NCBI GenBank assembly: GCA_963675755.2 | Contig: CAXXMD010000003.1 | Coordinates: 448,001-512,000, forward strand | DNA from: a bacterium | GTDB lineage: Bacteria > Zhuqueibacterota > Zhuqueibacteria > Residuimicrobiales > Krinioviventaceae | Direction: 5' to 3' | DNA length: 64,000 nucleotides | Shown here: positions 39,815 to 52,000 of the stretch, in pieces | Position numbering within the stretch: position 1 is the first letter of the stretch | Layout of the letters: each line of letters begins with the position of its first letter | Translations under genes and position numbers: made by a program | Notes under the pieces: generated by a model | Told to the model about the DNA's origin: nothing | Database searches by the model: none | The model's input: only the letters and a program-made list of their open reading frames with translations

Positions 39815-40042
39815 ACCCTGGGATTATGTAACACGAATTTTAACATAGGATATTTGTAAAAAAAAATCAATCAGTATTTGATATTTAAATGCAACAGATG
39901 CCCATTCTTGTTAATTTCCTTTTAACCATTAGAATTGTAAAATATTACAAACACTTGGAAATTTGGAATTTTCAGAATGTAATATTGTTACTAAAGCAAA
40001 ACACAATACAAATCATAATACTCTAACAATTCAGGGGTTACT

Positions 40043-40858
40043 ATGGAAAATATGAATATCTATGTCGAAAAAGGCATAGAAATGATCATGGAATATGGAC
40101 CCAAATTATTATTAGCAATTGTCACACTAATTATCGGTTTGATGGTGATCAAGGCTTTTACCAAAGGGTTAGGCAGAACCATGGCGAAAAGCAATACGGA
40201 TGAATCTCTACGACGCTTTTTATTAAGCCTGACAAGAGTAGGATTAAAAATATTGCTGTTCATCAGTGTGGCGTCTATGGTTGGTATACAAATGACATCC
40301 TTTATTGCCATTTTGGGTGCTGCGGGACTCGCTGTAGGCCTGGCTTTGCAGGGCAGTCTGGCTAATTTTGCCGGAGGCGTGCTGATTCTGTTATTCCGTC
40401 CGTACAAGATCGGTGACTTTATCGATGCCGCCGGTCACATGGGAACTGTTCGCGATATTCAGATATTTAACACCATTCTGAAAACACCGGACAATAAAAC
40501 CATCATCATTCCCAATGGTGTCTTGTCAAACGGCAGTATTACCAATTTTTCTACCGAGCCTACACGTCGTGTGGATATGGTATTTGGCATCGGCTATGGA
40601 GACGATATCAAAAAAGCCAAAGACCTGTTGAGCTCCATGGTCAACAGCGATGAGCGTGTGCTCAAAGATCCGGAACCATTGGTGGTTGTTTCCAGCCTGG
40701 GAGACAGCTCGGTCAATTTTACGGTACGAGTCTGGTGCAACAGCGGCGACTACTGGGGCCTGTTTTTCGATATGCAGGAAAAAGTTAAACTCGAGTTCGA
40801 TAAAGCCGGTATTTCAATCCCCTTTCCCCAACGCGATGTTCATGTGTTTAATCAATAA
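40043..40858 (+). CDS. mscS: Small-conductance mechanosensitive channel
   Basis: GAAGLAVGLALQGSLANFAGG, RPYKIGD, IPFPQRDVH. Confidence 0.95.
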   Translation: MENMNIYVEKGIEMIMEYGPKLLLAIVTLIIGLMVIKAFTKGLGRTMAKSNTDESLRRFLLSLTRVGLKILLFISVASMVGIQMTSFIAILGAAGLAVGLALQGSLANFAGGVLILLFRPYKIGDFIDAAGHMGTVRDIQIFNTILKTPDNKTIIIPNGVLSNGSITNFSTEPTRRVDMVFGIGYGDDIKKAKDLLSSMVNSDERVLKDPEPLVVVSSLGDSSVNFTVRVWCNSGDYWGLFFDMQEKVKLEFDKAGISIPFPQRDVHVFNQ

Positions 40859-40871
40859 ATAAAAACTCTTC

Positions 40872-40898
40872 CCACCCGAGGGTTTTGCCCTCGGGTGG
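40872..40898. terminator. Hairpin between convergent genes
   Basis: CCACCCGAGGG-TTTTG-CCCTCGGGTGG. Confidence 0.7.
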
Positions 40899-40918
40899 AT
40901 AAATAAAATCATTTTAGC

Positions 40919-41896
40919 TCATACCAAATGCATTACAACAAACAAGCTACCGATCGACAATACAACAAAAACCAATACACCTGTCATCAAGGCACCCATC
41001 CCCTGTTTGATCTGTGAAAAATGGACTGACAGTCCCATTGCGGTCATGGCCATTAATACAAATAATGATCCGGTGCTGGCAAATATATGAGAAACGGATT
41101 GGGGCAAAATCCCCAAAGAATTCACAATACCCGCGATTAAAAAATACAACACATACATGGGGAATTTTGCTTTCTCAACATTACCATCACGTTTATTATA
41201 AATAAAACTCAGCGCCAAAGATACCGGTACAAGCATCATCACTCTGGTCATTTTTACAAAGGTACCAATTTCTCCGGATTCACTGCCTTTGGCATATGCA
41301 GCCGCAATTGCATGGGCCACACCGTGCAACGACAAGCCTGCCCATGTACCATATTGAACAGGTGTCATCACAAATCCACTAACCGCAATTGCCGAATAGA
41401 CAATGACCCCAATCGCACCCAAAAAGCTGACAATGGATACCGCCAGCACCGAATCCTTATCATTTGCCCGAATACAGGGGGCCACGGCAAGCACCGCCGA
41501 AGCACCGCAAATACAGGAACCAATGCCTATTAACGTTGCAAGCCGGGTGTTCAAGTTGAAAAATCTGCCCAACAAATTGGATATCATCAAGGCGATCAAT
41601 ACATAAAACACAACCAGAATTAAAAATCGGGGGCCCAGTTTTAAAAGCACATGAGAATCAATCCTGAATCCCATAAGAATAATTCCCAGTTTTAAAATAT
41701 TTTTCAATGACAAAGAAATCCCCGGTTTAAAGCGGGCCTGGGTACCAACAGAATTATTATAAATCATGCCAATAATAATTGCTATTGTCAGCGCTTCCAG
41801 ATTGATAAATTTGATAGATTGATTTAAAAAAATAGATAATAGTGAAATGATGAGAACCAGAACCAGTCCGGGAATGTAATTTCTAATATTTTTCAT
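40919..41896 (-). CDS. yeiH: YeiH family putative sulfate exporter
   Basis: GCSICGASAV-like GIGSCICGASAV, GLSLHGVAHA, VKMTRV. GGAG RBS before MKNIR. Confidence 0.85.
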   Translation of the reverse strand: MKNIRNYIPGLVLVLIISLLSIFLNQSIKFINLEALTIAIIIGMIYNNSVGTQARFKPGISLSLKNILKLGIILMGFRIDSHVLLKLGPRFLILVVFYVLIALMISNLLGRFFNLNTRLATLIGIGSCICGASAVLAVAPCIRANDKDSVLAVSIVSFLGAIGVIVYSAIAVSGFVMTPVQYGTWAGLSLHGVAHAIAAAYAKGSESGEIGTFVKMTRVMMLVPVSLALSFIYNKRDGNVEKAKFPMYVLYFLIAGIVNSLGILPQSVSHIFASTGSLFVLMAMTAMGLSVHFSQIKQGMGALMTGVLVFVVLSIGSLFVVMHLV

Positions 41897-41972
41897 TATA
41901 CTTGCTCCATATTTTTTTGTCAAGTATAATGCATTATATATATAAATAAAAATTATTGTTTTTTATATTATC

Positions 41973-41987
41973 ATAAAAATATCTTAT
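41973..41987. promoter_or_regulatory. LysR-type binding box ATAA-N7-TTAT
   Basis: ATAAAAATATCTTAT (T-N11-A core) upstream of yeiH and next to its LysR gene. Confidence 0.5.
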
Positions 41988-41997
41988 AATTACTCAA

Positions 41998-42882
41998 CTA
42001 TTCATCCTGCTTTTTACAAAACGAGATAAAAGGCCCCATAAATTCATCATCGAAATCGAAATAGATGAAATTAAATTCTCTGAAAATACCAAAATCCTGA
42101 ATGGGCACGTGGACCAGGCTGCCCGATTTCAGATGTTCACGTACAGCTTCGCGGGAGATTATGGTACACCCCAGGTTAGACTCGACCAGTGAAACAAGCG
42201 CATTGATATTCCCAATCTCCATATAAATCATATCATCCGTGAGATGGTACCCCTTGCTCACCAGCTCATTTTCAAAGACCATCCGTGTACCAGAACCTTT
42301 TTCCCTCAGAATCAGCTTGTTCTCCAGCACCGCTTCAATACTCACACTTGATTTGGATGCAAATTCATGCTCAGGAGATACGACCAATATCAGCTCATCA
42401 TCTTTGAATTTGGTGAATTGAAATTGGGTCCGGTCAAAGGGGCCCTCAACAATTCCCATCAACATATCCCCCGTTATCAGGTGCTTTATGACTGTCTCCG
42501 TATTTTCAACAGCCAGCATAATTTCCACATTGGGGTGTTCTTGTTTATATCGTCCCAGAATCTCGGGTATTACATACCCGCCAATGGTTAATGTTGCACC
42601 AATATTGTATTTTTTCACAAATCCGGCTCTATTTTCAAGATCGTTCTTGACAGTATTCGCCAATCGATTAACCTCAATCGCATATTCATATAACCGCTGG
42701 CCTTCCAGCGTAAGCTCTATTGATTTTTTCTTAATATTGAATAATTTAACATTATAATATGCTTCCAGACTCTTGATATGTTGAGATACACCGGGTTGGG
42801 TAATATGCAGCAATTCCGCGGTTTTGGTATAATTGCGGGTCTTGACCACAGATAAAAAAGTCAGCATTTTATAATCAATCAT
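41998..42882 (-). CDS. LysR family regulator (YeiE/CysL-like)
   Basis: HTH TKTAELLHITQPGVSQHIKSLE, GATLTIG, LREKGSGTR. Confidence 0.93.
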   Translation of the reverse strand: MIDYKMLTFLSVVKTRNYTKTAELLHITQPGVSQHIKSLEAYYNVKLFNIKKKSIELTLEGQRLYEYAIEVNRLANTVKNDLENRAGFVKKYNIGATLTIGGYVIPEILGRYKQEHPNVEIMLAVENTETVIKHLITGDMLMGIVEGPFDRTQFQFTKFKDDELILVVSPEHEFASKSSVSIEAVLENKLILREKGSGTRMVFENELVSKGYHLTDDMIYMEIGNINALVSLVESNLGCTIISREAVREHLKSGSLVHVPIQDFGIFREFNFIYFDFDDEFMGPFISFCKKQDE

Positions 42883-43056
42883 AACAAATCTCCTTTCCCT
42901 GTAAATGTGAGAATATATTTTCTCAAATTCAAGTATCTCCTCTTACTATTACAAATCAGAATTTAATTTTTTTATAAATTAAATACGACTTGGATGATAA
43001 TATATTTTTTCTATTTTAATATACCGGGGCAACATTTCATTTTTCGAGGGATATAT

Positions 43057-43821
43057 ATGAAATGCAATTTTTTACATATAATTTTGATCACAATTATAGC
43101 TGCTATATCACAATCATATGCGGAAGGATTACCTGAAAAAGGTACATTATGGTTTACCCTGGAGCTTGGTATTGGAGCACATTATAGTAAAATCAAAAAT
43201 GAAGAACAAAAGTTTATAAATGAAAACAATATATATCTGGTTTCTAAAAGTGATTCAACCATTACAAAACCTATTTATTACGATACTTTTAACCAAATTC
43301 TCAATATCTCGGTCCAATATCAAAAATCCCCTTCGTATTCCTATGGAATAAATTATCAAATCTATTCTGTACAACAACTATTAGCATCACAAGTTGGTTT
43401 TAGTGGGACCAAAGAAATTTTATTTTTGAATAATTTGGGGCCTGTCTTTATAAAATGGACAAACGTTATCAAACACAATATAAATTTTTCAGCATCACCT
43501 AAATTATTTTATGGGAAATTGCATCGTGCTGCAGTCTTGAGGAAAAATTTATCAAAATTTCCAGCAGATGATACGGAATTTGTATCTCTTGTTAAAAATT
43601 ATCACAATAATTTAAATGTTTATGGTTTTGGCATTAATTTTAATTTCAATTTCACTCTTATCCAAAGAGAACGAATGCAAACAATGTTAGGATTGGGATT
43701 TGACTATTCAAAGTTGTATTTTAATGATAAAAGTTTTGAATATATTGACAATACCTATTTCAAGAGTTTTAATTTATCAGTCGTTTTTGCTTTCAATAAA
43801 AAATCCAAATCACCAGAGTAA
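43057..43821 (+). CDS. AT-rich secreted hypothetical protein, outer-membrane beta-barrel-like
   Basis: Signal peptide, alternating beta strands, ..LSVVFAF near the C-terminus. Confidence 0.6.
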   Translation: MKCNFLHIILITIIAAISQSYAEGLPEKGTLWFTLELGIGAHYSKIKNEEQKFINENNIYLVSKSDSTITKPIYYDTFNQILNISVQYQKSPSYSYGINYQIYSVQQLLASQVGFSGTKEILFLNNLGPVFIKWTNVIKHNINFSASPKLFYGKLHRAAVLRKNLSKFPADDTEFVSLVKNYHNNLNVYGFGINFNFNFTLIQRERMQTMLGLGFDYSKLYFNDKSFEYIDNTYFKSFNLSVVFAFNKKSKSPE

Positions 43822-44035
43822 TTATTAATATCAAATCAAAGCTTCTGCAATTTCCCAAAAAGAAGACAGGAGATTAACCCTATACTCACTACAACCTACT
43901 TAAAAAACGCATTGCTAATAGATACCCATCACCCATCAATACAGGCAAAAAATATTATTTGCCTCTCTACTCTATCCATTGTATATTATATCATAAACAG
44001 ATGAAAAAGCAGTTAACATATATCCCAGAGGTGTT

Positions 44036-45376
44036 ATGTCTGAAAACAAAATATCCCGCAGAAGTATGTTGAAAACCACATCCGCCGCCGCATTTGCAGC
44101 AAGCATTCCCACAATTATCCCTGCCACAGCATTGGGCAGCAACGGCAAAGCCCCGGCTAGTGATCGGGTAAATATAGGTATGATTGGATGCGGTAACCGG
44201 TCCGGTGTTACAAAAGCATATCAGAATTATGAAAAGTCCCAAATCGTAGCAGTATGTGATCCTATCAAAGAAAGGCGACTCGCCAGAAAAGAACAATATG
44301 GCAATTGTGCAGATTATGTTGATTTCCGTGATCTGCTGGCTCGGTCAGATATCGATGCGGTACATATCGCCACACCTGACCATTGGCATGTGCCTATTTC
44401 CCTGGCTGCAGCCCGCGCCGGAAAAGACATGTATACCGAAAAACCTTTGGGTATCAGTATTGAGCAGTGTGTTGCCGCACACGAGATCATTGACAAACAC
44501 AACCGCATTTTCCAATACGGTACGCAAAACCGTTCAATGGCTCAGGTACGCATGGGGATTGAACTGGTTTTGAACGGACACATTGGAGATGTTAAAAAAG
44601 TGCATGTTTGGTGCCCCCAAAGCGAGTTTGGCGGTTCCACCCAAACCATGCCTATTCCGGATGGATTCGATTACGATATGTGGCTGGGGCCCGCCCCGGA
44701 AGCACCGTTTAGTCAGGACCGCTGCCTGAATCAGGGACAGCGAAACGGAATTTTCCACATATACGATTACGCCATTGGCTTTATTGCAGGATGGGGCGCA
44801 CACCCCATGGATCAGTTGCAATGGTGGGCCGATCAAATGGGACTCGGAATTCCGGTACATTATAAAGGGTGTGGAACCCTGCCGGCAAATGGATTGTTTG
44901 ATACCATCACCCATTGGGATGTTACCGCTACCTATGCAAACGGATTGCAAATGCGATTCATGGATGCTGCCACCGCACGTTTTAAACAAAGTGATGATGT
45001 AATACCTTATATGAACGAAGCACCTTTTTCTCACGGTACCTTGTTTGAAGGAACAGATGGCTGGGTAGCCGTAACCCGAAGCGGCTGGAAAGTATTTCCC
45101 GAAACGCTGTACCAAAAAGCTAAAAATCCGGGCAAAATCCGACTCATTGAAAATTCACAACATCAAACCCATTTTGTGGATTGTGTATTGGACCGCAAAC
45201 AACCCATCAGCGATCTAAAATCAGCTATCAATTCAGATACCATATGCCACCTCTCGGATATCTGCATCCGTACCGGACGAGAAGTGACCTGGGACCCACA
45301 GAACAATACCATCAAAGGTGACCGCGAGTTGAAAAAACGCATGCACCGCGATATGCGCGGTCCGTGGACGTTATAA
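44036..45376 (+). CDS. Tat-exported Gfo/Idh/MocA oxidoreductase
   Basis: SRRSML, IGCGNR, TPDHWH, GKDMYTEKP, MWLGPAP, GWGAHPMD. Confidence 0.93.
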   Translation: MSENKISRRSMLKTTSAAAFAASIPTIIPATALGSNGKAPASDRVNIGMIGCGNRSGVTKAYQNYEKSQIVAVCDPIKERRLARKEQYGNCADYVDFRDLLARSDIDAVHIATPDHWHVPISLAAARAGKDMYTEKPLGISIEQCVAAHEIIDKHNRIFQYGTQNRSMAQVRMGIELVLNGHIGDVKKVHVWCPQSEFGGSTQTMPIPDGFDYDMWLGPAPEAPFSQDRCLNQGQRNGIFHIYDYAIGFIAGWGAHPMDQLQWWADQMGLGIPVHYKGCGTLPANGLFDTITHWDVTATYANGLQMRFMDAATARFKQSDDVIPYMNEAPFSHGTLFEGTDGWVAVTRSGWKVFPETLYQKAKNPGKIRLIENSQHQTHFVDCVLDRKQPISDLKSAINSDTICHLSDICIRTGREVTWDPQNNTIKGDRELKKRMHRDMRGPWTL

Positions 45377-45424
45377 GAATTTAGTCGCAAAGCAAAACCC
45401 CGCGACACAAAACATTGATCACTG

Positions 45425-45857
45425 TTGCCCGGCACCTCGGAGGTGCCGGGCTTTTTTTTATATTAACTTGATCGCGATGCAGAGTGGACGTTGAAAAGAT
45501 TAACATAAACATGACAGAGATAATCTCTGTCATGATCGTTTTTATTGATCGTGATGCAGATTCCTGCATCACGGATAATTATATCGGGACATTTGTCCCG
45601 TTTATATTTTCACAATCAAAAAAAAAAACGTAAACAAATCAATACGTTAAGGCACAATATACTTGCCCGGCACCTCGGAGGTGCCGGGCATTTTTTTTAT
45701 ATTAACTTGATCGCGATGCAGAGTGGACGTTGAAAAGATTAACATAAACATGACAGAGATAATCTCTGTCACGATCTTTTTTTATTGATCGTGATGCAGA
45801 TTCCTGCATCACGATAATTTTATCGGGACATTCGTCCCGTTTATATTCTCACAATCA
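45425..45857 (+). repeat. Tandem duplication (period 238) of a block of about 194 bp built from several hairpin families
   Basis: Near-identical copies at 45425-45618 and 45663-45857. Confidence 0.95.
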
Positions 45858-45915
45858 TAAAACATCCCCATAAACACATCTGCCAGATATTGGCTGATCA
45901 CAATTCTTATACAAA

Positions 45916-45982
45916 CAAAAATGCCGGTTGCTGAGTGCTCGTCTGTTAAAACGGACGAGCGTATCGAAGCACCGGCATTTTG
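45916..45982. repeat. REP-like hairpin CCGGTTGCTGAG..GTATCGAAGCACCGG, likely also a terminator
   Basis: Same termini as 7944-7993 with a different internal hairpin. Confidence 0.8.
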
Positions 45983-45998
45983 ATCATGTAAATATAAC

Positions 45999-46871
45999 TT
46001 ATGCTTTATCTTTTTCCTTAAACAGCTCTCCCACACCGCCAATACTTCCCAAAATACCGCTGGCTTCCATTGGCAAAAAGATCTTGGTGGCGTTACCGTT
46101 GGCTACTTTTTCAAGTGCTTCCAGGTATTTAATAGCAATCAGATCATTTGAAGGATTCCCTTCGTGGATCGCTTTATAAACAATAGAAATCGCTTCAGAT
46201 TCACCGTTAGCAATGGCAATCTTTTCATACTTGTTTGCGTCTGCAACCTGTCTAATGGCTTCGGCCTCACCTTCCGCTTTAAGGATTGCGGATTTTTTGG
46301 CACCTTCTGCTTCCAGAATCATGGCACGGCGTTCACGCTCCGCTTTCATCTGACGGTGCATGGCTTCAGTAACATCTACTGGCGGTTCAATACGCTGTAA
46401 TTCCACGCGAGTCACTTTGACGCCCCATTTATCGGTTGCGTCATCCAATATCTGGCGGAGCTGGGTATTGATGGCTTCACGGGATGTCAAAGATTCATCC
46501 AAAGCCATATCACCCACCAGGTTTCTGAGGTTGGTTTGTGCCAGCTTGGTTACTGCCAGCCAAAAATTGGTAACGTTATAGGTCACCTTGACAGGATCGG
46601 TAACTTCGTAATATACAACCGCATCCACTTCTACGACTACGTTATCTTTGGTGATTACACTTTGCGGAGGAATATCAACCACATTTTCACGCATATCCAC
46701 TTTACTCATATTTTCCAAAAACGGAAGTATAAAGGAAAGACCGCTGTCTGCGGTACGCTGGTAACGTCCCAATCTTTCAATCAAACCCTTTTGCCACGGA
46801 CGAACAATTTTCAATCCACTTGCGGCAATAATAAATACAACGATGGCAATAATAATTAACAGAATATCCAT
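45999..46871 (-). CDS. SPFH/stomatin-like (slipin) protein
   Basis: [38 protein letters not shown]. Confidence 0.95.
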   Translation of the reverse strand: MDILLIIIAIVVFIIAASGLKIVRPWQKGLIERLGRYQRTADSGLSFILPFLENMSKVDMRENVVDIPPQSVITKDNVVVEVDAVVYYEVTDPVKVTYNVTNFWLAVTKLAQTNLRNLVGDMALDESLTSREAINTQLRQILDDATDKWGVKVTRVELQRIEPPVDVTEAMHRQMKAERERRAMILEAEGAKKSAILKAEGEAEAIRQVADANKYEKIAIANGESEAISIVYKAIHEGNPSNDLIAIKYLEALEKVANGNATKIFLPMEASGILGSIGGVGELFKEKDKA

Positions 46872-46872
46872 G

Positions 46873-47322
46873 TTATTCTCCCTCTTCTACAGGTGATACA
46901 ATTAAATGGGTCCCCTCAACTTGGGTCACTTTGACCCTGGTACCCTGCGGAATTATAATACCTTGTTCGCTCGAAGCCCGCCACTCTTCGCGGTCCATTC
47001 TCACACTTCCGGTATTGGAAAAATTATCAATATCTTCTAAAACGATCGCTTCCTTGCCTACAAACCGGTCTGCACCAATGCCGGGTGGCTGTGGCTTGGT
47101 GACCTTGTCAGCAAATTTGCGGGATACGCCCACAAGGATCCCTGAAACGATAACAAAAGCAAGCAATTGCCACAACGGTCCAAGTCCCAACAGGGATAAA
47201 ACTCCGGCTGCGGCAGAACCTACTCCGAACCACAGGATAAAAAATCCGGCTGTAAAAATCTCGCCAACTATAAATACTGCGGCAAGTATAAACCAGATTA
47301 ACCAGGTTTCTATGCCCAACAT
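46873..47322 (-). CDS. nfeD: NfeD-like C-terminal domain membrane protein
   Basis: TM helices plus an OB fold ([13 protein letters not shown]); typical stomatin partner. Confidence 0.88.
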   Translation of the reverse strand: MLGIETWLIWFILAAVFIVGEIFTAGFFILWFGVGSAAAGVLSLLGLGPLWQLLAFVIVSGILVGVSRKFADKVTKPQPPGIGADRFVGKEAIVLEDIDNFSNTGSVRMDREEWRASSEQGIIIPQGTRVKVTQVEGTHLIVSPVEEGE

Positions 47323-47348
47323 GATTGCCCCTTTCCTTTTAACTAAAA

Positions 47349-48998
47349 TTAATGTGAATACATGAATCGTTTAATTTTTTTAGTTGGTGTTTTTTCAAAT
47401 TCTTCAGGATACAATTCTATCTTGGAAATACTAATAAAACCGGGAAGCAGCGCATTCAAAGCTTTGCGATTCTCTTCCATTATTTCTGTAATATCGGCTT
47501 CTCCCATCTCTTCGGCATCCGTCATTTCAAGATCAGGATAAACCAATGCCACCAGTTTGTCATTCTTTTCAATTACCAGAGATTCCTGAACATAAGGCAT
47601 ATTATTAAGCTTGGCTTCCACTTCTTCAGGATAAATGTTTTGGCCTGACGGTCCCAATATCATATTCTTACTGCGACCTTTGATATAAACAAAGCCATCT
47701 TTATCAATTAATCCCAAATCACCGGTATGCATCCAGCCGTCAGGTTCAATGGTTTCCTTTGTGGCTTTTTCGTTTTTATAATATCCCATCATCACATTCT
47801 CTCCCTTGACCAAGATTTCGCCGACTTGCTTTTCAGGATCCTCAGAATCAATCTTGATCTCGAGCGTATCTACACGTTGTCCTATGGCACCGAATCGATT
47901 TTTATCCCAGTTGGAATAGCTAATCAAAGGACCGCATTCGGTCATGCCATAGCCCACGGTATAAGGGAAACCCACTTTTCTCAAAAACGCCTCTACTTCT
48001 TCATTAAAAGCCGCGCCGCCAATAACAATTTCCAGGAAATTATTGCCAAAGACATCCATCAATTTATTATACACCTTTTTATGAACAATATTCTGTAAAA
48101 CCGGTGTTTTTAATAAATATTTTGGCGCGCCTTTGCTTATAGCCGGTTTGATTTGTTTTTTATAAATCTTTTCAATAATGAGCGGAACAGACAAGATCAG
48201 GTTGGGTTTGACATCCTGAAATGCCTTAACAATGATCTTGGGTGACGGGGTTTTACTTAAAAATGTAATATGGCATCCAATAGTAAAGGGGAACAAAAAT
48301 TCAAACGCGCAGCCATAAGAGTGTGCCAGGGGCATAAATGACAATATCCGGTCCCCGCGCTTCAACGCAATATTATTCCAGGCAAATCTCACGTTTGCCA
48401 TCAGGCTGTTGTGCTGCAGCATAACGCCTTTTGAAAACCCGGTAGTGCCCGAAGTATAAACAATCGCAGCCAATTCAGCGTTACTAATCTCCGGAAACTG
48501 AATGGACTCTTTGCTGAAATTGGCATCGCGCTGGGTTCTGGCAGATAATGTTTTTTCCACAATACCGGGTAGATCTTTTTTCTTGTGATAGAGCAATTTC
48601 ATACTTTCCAGAGAAAACACCCCTTCCAACTCGGGCATTTCAGATTCATCCAAAGTATCAAAGATAGCTTCAGCAGTAAAAAACAGCACTGAATCCGAAT
48701 GGTTCACAATATGTGTCATATCATCAGGACTAAAATCCGGTAATATGGGCACAATCACTGCACCATAGGTAACGGCCGCCAGAAAGGTAACACCCCAATT
48801 GACAGAGTTTTTGCCAACCAGAGCAATCTTGTCGTCTTTTTTTATACCGCATTCTTTAAACAAATCATGCATCCAGCGGATCTCTTTGGCTACATCGCCA
48901 TAGTTCAAATGGCCGCTTCCATAATTAGAAAAAGCCGGCAGGTCCCAGTTGTTTTTCAAACTGTCTTGTAATGTTTTTACAAAATTTTCAGGTAACAT
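47349..48998 (-). CDS. Long-chain fatty acid--CoA ligase (AMP-binding)
   Basis: YTSGTTGFSKG, GYGMTE, WMHTGDLG, GQNIYPEE. Confidence 0.92.
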   Translation of the reverse strand: MLPENFVKTLQDSLKNNWDLPAFSNYGSGHLNYGDVAKEIRWMHDLFKECGIKKDDKIALVGKNSVNWGVTFLAAVTYGAVIVPILPDFSPDDMTHIVNHSDSVLFFTAEAIFDTLDESEMPELEGVFSLESMKLLYHKKKDLPGIVEKTLSARTQRDANFSKESIQFPEISNAELAAIVYTSGTTGFSKGVMLQHNSLMANVRFAWNNIALKRGDRILSFMPLAHSYGCAFEFLFPFTIGCHITFLSKTPSPKIIVKAFQDVKPNLILSVPLIIEKIYKKQIKPAISKGAPKYLLKTPVLQNIVHKKVYNKLMDVFGNNFLEIVIGGAAFNEEVEAFLRKVGFPYTVGYGMTECGPLISYSNWDKNRFGAIGQRVDTLEIKIDSEDPEKQVGEILVKGENVMMGYYKNEKATKETIEPDGWMHTGDLGLIDKDGFVYIKGRSKNMILGPSGQNIYPEEVEAKLNNMPYVQESLVIEKNDKLVALVYPDLEMTDAEEMGEADITEIMEENRKALNALLPGFISISKIELYPEEFEKTPTKKIKRFMYSH

Positions 48999-49014
48999 GT
49001 ATACTCCTAAAATG

Positions 49015-52000
49015 TTATATATGAATTTCTATATATTTTCCGGTAACTTTGTATTGTTTATTTTCCACAACCGGCAGTTTATGAACAGCCTGTATATAAT
49101 CATCCAACTGTTCAGCCTGGTATTGTTCACCCGTCTTGTAATCAATAATCTCAACATATCCGTCTTTTAAATTCACCATCATACGGTCAAGTCGCAATTC
49201 CTTGCCGGATTGAGTGTAAAGTGTATACTCGGTGAAAACCCGGTCCCAAACAGCGGCATCAAACAGTTCGGGATGTTGAGATACAACATTACGCGCATTC
49301 TGCATGAGTGATTCCAACTGTTCTATGGGCAGCAAATTACCAAAATACCCTAATGTCTGTTGCCGGGCAAACTCGAATTCCTTGTTTGTACCATAATGGA
49401 CGTATGACAGATAAAAATGGATGATATTCCCCTTGTCAATATCTCGATTTTTCAGGTAAACGCTTTTCAGGTCAATGTGTTCCATGCGCTGTAAATGCAG
49501 GGCATCCGGTTGTTTTAAAGGACGTCTGTTATAACTCAGATAATCCGGCAGCCAGGTATAATCAACCGTTTCCTTTTCATCTTTTACATGCTGAACAGGT
49601 ATAAACGAGCCGGAGGTCCAAACCGACTTGTTGGCTGTATTGTCTGCACCTGCCTCAAACCGCTGTACCCGGTTCAAAACCGATAAAAATAACAAGCGGT
49701 CAGATCGTATCTTTGTAGTATCATCGGGTAGACAATCTTTAATAAATTCAGATATACCTCCCTTTTTACCCAATACAAATTGAATATAGAGGTTTGTTTT
49801 GGCGCGAGTCAAAGCTACATAAATATTGTTCAACTCTTCAATAATATCACGTTTATCTTTTTGCTCAATCAACGGTGCATAATCCGTTAATTCAAGAATA
49901 TGATCATAATTCAATGTATATATGTAATGTAAAAGATGACTGAAATCCAGTTCATAACTCAGATAATACGAAATCTCTCCACTAAAATTCCCACCAGAGG
50001 GTGACAAATTCCAATAGAGGAACACATTATCATATTCCAGTCCTTTTGATTTATGGATAGTCAGCAAGGTAATGGCATTATATTCTTTGAGTCCAATCTG
50101 CTGAAACCGTTCATTCTGTTCGTTTTCCTGACAATATTCCAAAAAGCCTTTTAACGAATAATTGGCATCCGTTTGGGTGAATGCAGCAAGGATCTCCAGA
50201 AACCGGTTCAGATTCACCAGATCGTTTTCCTGCTTAAAGATACCGGTAGCGTTCCACTTTTCAATGACTTTTTGTGTAAACAATAGCAAATTGGGGTGTG
50301 CCGCAAACACTAATTCTTTGGCTAGCTGATAGATCTCATCCACTTTTTTCAATGCGTCAATACTGTCCAGGCTGCTGAAAAGATCACTGAGCGAATAGCC
50401 ATCCTTTGCATTGTCCCGAATGTACAACATGATTTTTTTCAAAGCTTCCGGAGACATTAAAACCAGATCAGAGCGTAAAAATCTCAGTAGATCATAAACA
50501 TCCTGATAAACCAGAAAACGAAACAGCATCATCAACGGGACGACAGTCCTGTGCTGCAATATGGAACCCGATGACTCGAGAATGTAATCAATATCCAGCT
50601 CATCCAAAACCGCGGCAATATGTTTCAGGTCACTGTTTTTACGGGCAAGCACAGCTGTTTTCTTTACATCCAGTTGACCCGACTGCAGCAGTGGCGCCAG
50701 GGTTTGGGTCACAAACTCTCGCAGTGCGTCTTCAACCGTAGAGATATCGTTATTATCATCCTTGAAATTGGCATAATTGCGTGCCTGAACTTTAATAAAT
50801 CCATCATCCGATGTTTTATGCACCTGCACCGGATCATAGGGCCAGTGGATATCCAGACTGGCATGCATATCGGTATCCATAAAAATATCATTGATAAAGT
50901 CCATAATCCGGCGGTAGCTGCGGTACGATGTATTGAGACTGAACTGATTGCAATCGTTCAAAACTGAGGGCATGGCCAAAAGCAGGTCGCGCTCACCACC
51001 ACGCCATCCATAAATGGATTGCTTCTCATCGCCCACAATGATCACACCGCCATATTCTTTGGCACCCATACCACTGGTAATCTCGTTGATAATTGGCAGC
51101 AGTATTTTGTATTGGATCATACTGGTGTCCTGGAACTCGTCAATAAGAATAAAGCGGATCTGCGCGGTCAGATATTCATAAAAGGCATTAGTCACCGAAA
51201 AATCATCAATCAATGAAAGATCAGGATCATAGAGATACTTGAACGTATAATACGATACATCACTATGGGTAAATCGTTTATCTCTGAATTTGATTTCGTC
51301 ATATTTTTCAAAAACCCGGTTTGCAATCAAGCGGATTTCATCCTGTTCTGCAAACAGTTCTTTCTCTAGAATAAAAGCAGCCAGATCTTTACGGCAATTT
51401 TCAAAATCAGCAATCAACGCTTCCTTGATATCCGCATAAGCCTTGCCGCGAAAGACTTTGGATCCGTCCCAAAAATACTCCATCCCCAACAGCTTTTTAT
51501 GGTGTTCTGAAACAATCTCCTGACCAAGATTATCCATAATGCTGGCAGCAAAAACCTGGCTGTCCAAATCAGCAGGACTCAGAAACATCTTTATGAAATC
51601 CATTTTAAAATATTGTGAATTGGTCAGATTCGGGTAAGAAGAACAGACCTCAGCCTCTAATCGACGCAACAACGCGGAAAAGGATTTGAAAAAGCGCTGA
51701 TACGCCTCTTTAATTTGCTGCTCCCGGTTTTTTGGATCAACCTGCGGTTGATCTTCCGCATCCATAAAATCAAAGATCCAGCGGTTCCGCAGCAACGATT
51801 CTATAAATTTCTGATAATCGGTTATAGTCTTTTTGTTTGCACGAAAGAAAAAGTCATGCATTAATTGTTGTGCCTGCGGATCACGCTCCTGCATCAGAGA
51901 ACTGAACACCTCTGCAAACACATCATCATGAATGGTATTTTCTATTTCATAATTGGCAATGCCAAGATAAGGCGCGATAATGGTTTTAAATATCTCGTTG

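Noticed and set aside
39815-40042. Cobalamin riboswitch or Fur/NikR box upstream of the TonB receptor
   Set aside because: The gap is short and AT-rich with no B12-box. The palindromes seen are too weak to call.
45381-46042. Small ORFs within the duplicated region
   Set aside because: They are translations of hairpin repeats, and the frames are not preserved between the two copies.
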